Source: an uncultured delta proteobacterium (GTDB taxonomy: Bacteria; Myxococcota; Myxococcia; Myxococcales; Anaeromyxobacteraceae). Taken from it: a stretch of 64,000 nt of DNA. The stretch is taken from positions 1 to 64,000 of the forward strand of contig CAWJSR010000015.1 of the NCBI GenBank assembly GCA_963845515.1, in the 5' to 3' direction. The notes under the pieces are model-generated. The model saw only the letters and a program-made list of their open reading frames with translations. It was not told the origin of the DNA and did no database searches. The translations under genes were made by a program, and so were the position numbers. Below are positions 62,341 through 64,000 of the stretch, one piece after another; positions within the stretch are counted from its first letter, which is position 1; every line of letters begins with the position of its first letter.

Positions 62341-64000
62341 GTGACCTTCCGGGAAGCGATCGCGAAGCGCGTCCTCGTCTTCGACGGCGCGATGGGAACC
62401 CAGATCCAGCGCCACCAGCTCACCGCCGCGGAGTACGGCGGGAAGGAGGGGGCGAACGATCTGCTCGTGCTGACGCGACCAGACCTCGTCGAGGAGATCC
62501 ACGCCCGCTACTTCGCGGTCGGGTGCGACATCGTCGAGACGAACACCTTCGGCTCCTCGCGGCTGAAGCTGGACGAGTACGGGCTCGGCCACCGTACGTA
62601 CGAGGTGAACTTCCGCGCCGCGATTGTCGCCCGGCGCGCCGCCGACCGCTTCTCGACCTCGAGCCACCCGCGCTTCGTCGCCGGCTCGATGGGTCCCACC
62701 GGGATGCTCCCGTCGTCGAACGACCCCGCGCTCGGCAACATCACCGCCGACGCGCTCGAGCGGATCTTCTTCGAGCAGGCGAGGGGGCTCGTCGAGGGGG
62801 GCGTCGACGCCGTCGTCATCGAGACCCAGCAGGACATCCTCGAGCTCCGCTCGGCGGTCCTCGCCGTCGACGCCGTCCGGCGGGAGTGCGCGCGCGACGT
62901 CTTCATCATCGCCCAGCCGACACTCGACGCGAACGGGCGGATGCTCCTCGGGACCGACATCCAGGCGGCGCTCGCGACGCTGGAGCGGCTCCCCGTCGAC
63001 GCCATCGGGATCAACTGCTCGACCGGCCCCGCCGAGATGCGCGAGAGCGTCCGGCTCCTCTGCGAGAAGTCGTCGCACTACGTCTCGATCCTGCCTAACG
63101 CCGGGATGCCGGAGAACGTCGACGGCCACGCGGTCTACAAGCTCGGGCCCGAGGCGCTCGCCGACGCGCTCGCCGAGTTCGTCGCGAAGCATGGCGTCGA
63201 CATCGTCGGCGGCTGCTGCGGCACCACCCCCGCGCACATGAAGGCGGTCGTGGAGCGGCTCCGCACCGTGCAGGCGCCGCGCCGGGTCAGGCCTCCACCC
63301 GCGCAGGAGCTCTCCTCCTCGATGAAGGCGGTGCCCCTCGGCATGGAGCCGCGCCCGCTCATCGTGGGCGAGCGGCTCAACGCGCAGGGCTCCAGGAAGG
63401 TGAAGGAGCTGCTCGTCGCGGACGACTACGAGGGGCTCCTCCAGATCGCGCGCGGCCAGGTGGACGCCGGCGCCCACGTCCTCGACGTCTCGACGGCCCT
63501 GAACGAGCGGGACGACGAGGCGGCGCAGATGCGGACCCTCGTGCGCCTCCTCGCCCAGTCGGTCGAGGCGCCGGTGATGATCGACTCGACCGAGCCGGAC
63601 GTGCTCGAGAGCGGGCTCAAGGTCTACCCCGGCCGCGCCATCGTCAACTCGGTGAACCTCGAGAAGGGGGGCGAGAAGATCCGGCGCGTCCTCCCGCTCG
63701 TGAAGCGGTACGGCGCGGCGGTGGTCGCGCTGACCATCGACGAGAAGGGGATGGCGCAGACGGCCGACCGGAAGGCCGAGGTCGCCCGGCGCATCGTCGA
63801 GGTGGCGCGCGAGCACGGCGTCGGCCCCGACTCGATCGCCTTCGATGCGCTCACCTTCACGCTCGCGACGGGCAGCCCCGAGTACCGCCGCAGCGCCATC
63901 GAGACGCTCGAGGGGATCCGGCGGATCAAGGCGGAGAACCCCGGCGTCTACACGATCCTGGGAGTCTCCAACGTCTCCTTCGGCCTCTCCAAGAGCGCGC
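62341..64000 (+). CDS. metH: Cobalamin-dependent methionine synthase, 5' part (truncated by window end)
   Basis: Translated by hand: VLVFDGAMGTQIQ, ETNTFG, AGSMGP, GINCSTGP, PNAGMP, IVGGCCGTTP, IVGERLNAQGS, MIDST, LGVSNVSFG. Confidence 0.96.
   Translation, partial: MTFREAIAKRVLVFDGAMGTQIQRHQLTAAEYGGKEGANDLLVLTRPDLVEEIHARYFAVGCDIVETNTFGSSRLKLDEYGLGHRTYEVNFRAAIVARRAADRFSTSSHPRFVAGSMGPTGMLPSSNDPALGNITADALERIFFEQARGLVEGGVDAVVIETQQDILELRSAVLAVDAVRRECARDVFIIAQPTLDANGRMLLGTDIQAALATLERLPVDAIGINCSTGPAEMRESVRLLCEKSSHYVSILPNAGMPENVDGHAVYKLGPEALADALAEFVAKHGVDIVGGCCGTTPAHMKAVVERLRTVQAPRRVRPPPAQELSSSMKAVPLGMEPRPLIVGERLNAQGSRKVKELLVADDYEGLLQIARGQVDAGAHVLDVSTALNERDDEAAQMRTLVRLLAQSVEAPVMIDSTEPDVLESGLKVYPGRAIVNSVNLEKGGEKIRRVLPLVKRYGAAVVALTIDEKGMAQTADRKAEVARRIVEVAREHGVGPDSIAFDALTFTLATGSPEYRRSAIETLEGIRRIKAENPGVYTILGVSNVSFGLSKSA

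Overview
High-GC bacterial chromosomal segment. Gene content and order (sco-coxACDB-ctaB, rimO, lolA, amrS, multiheme cytochrome, sigma54 activator) suggest an Anaeromyxobacter-like Myxococcota organism; this is an inference. About 55 genes are supportable: housekeeping genes (glgC, ogt, add, uvrD/pcrA, rnj, yajQ, rimO, panE-like, tam, an A2-type cytochrome c oxidase operon, yjgR-like ATPase, lolA, ettA, amrS, 5' part of metH) interspersed with accessory surface-protein genes. At least a dozen reading-frame breaks, some in conserved genes, point to uncorrected assembly errors and create several false fusions in the ORF track. Best candidates for undescribed systems: (1) a cobalamin-dependent radical SAM enzyme (47027-49444) fused in frame to an internal lipoprotein-like signal and four copies of a [HR]DxG[IV]xEA[AP]PPP[YM]D peptide, possibly a maturase carrying its own substrate; (2) a translationally coupled five-gene operon (54849-61013) of two B12-radical SAM enzymes, two GNAT-like proteins and a GH3 acyl-adenylate ligase; (3) three tandem small paralogs (20478-21615), one of which has lost its membrane segment in frame. 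No rRNA, tRNA, CRISPR array or transposase was recognised.
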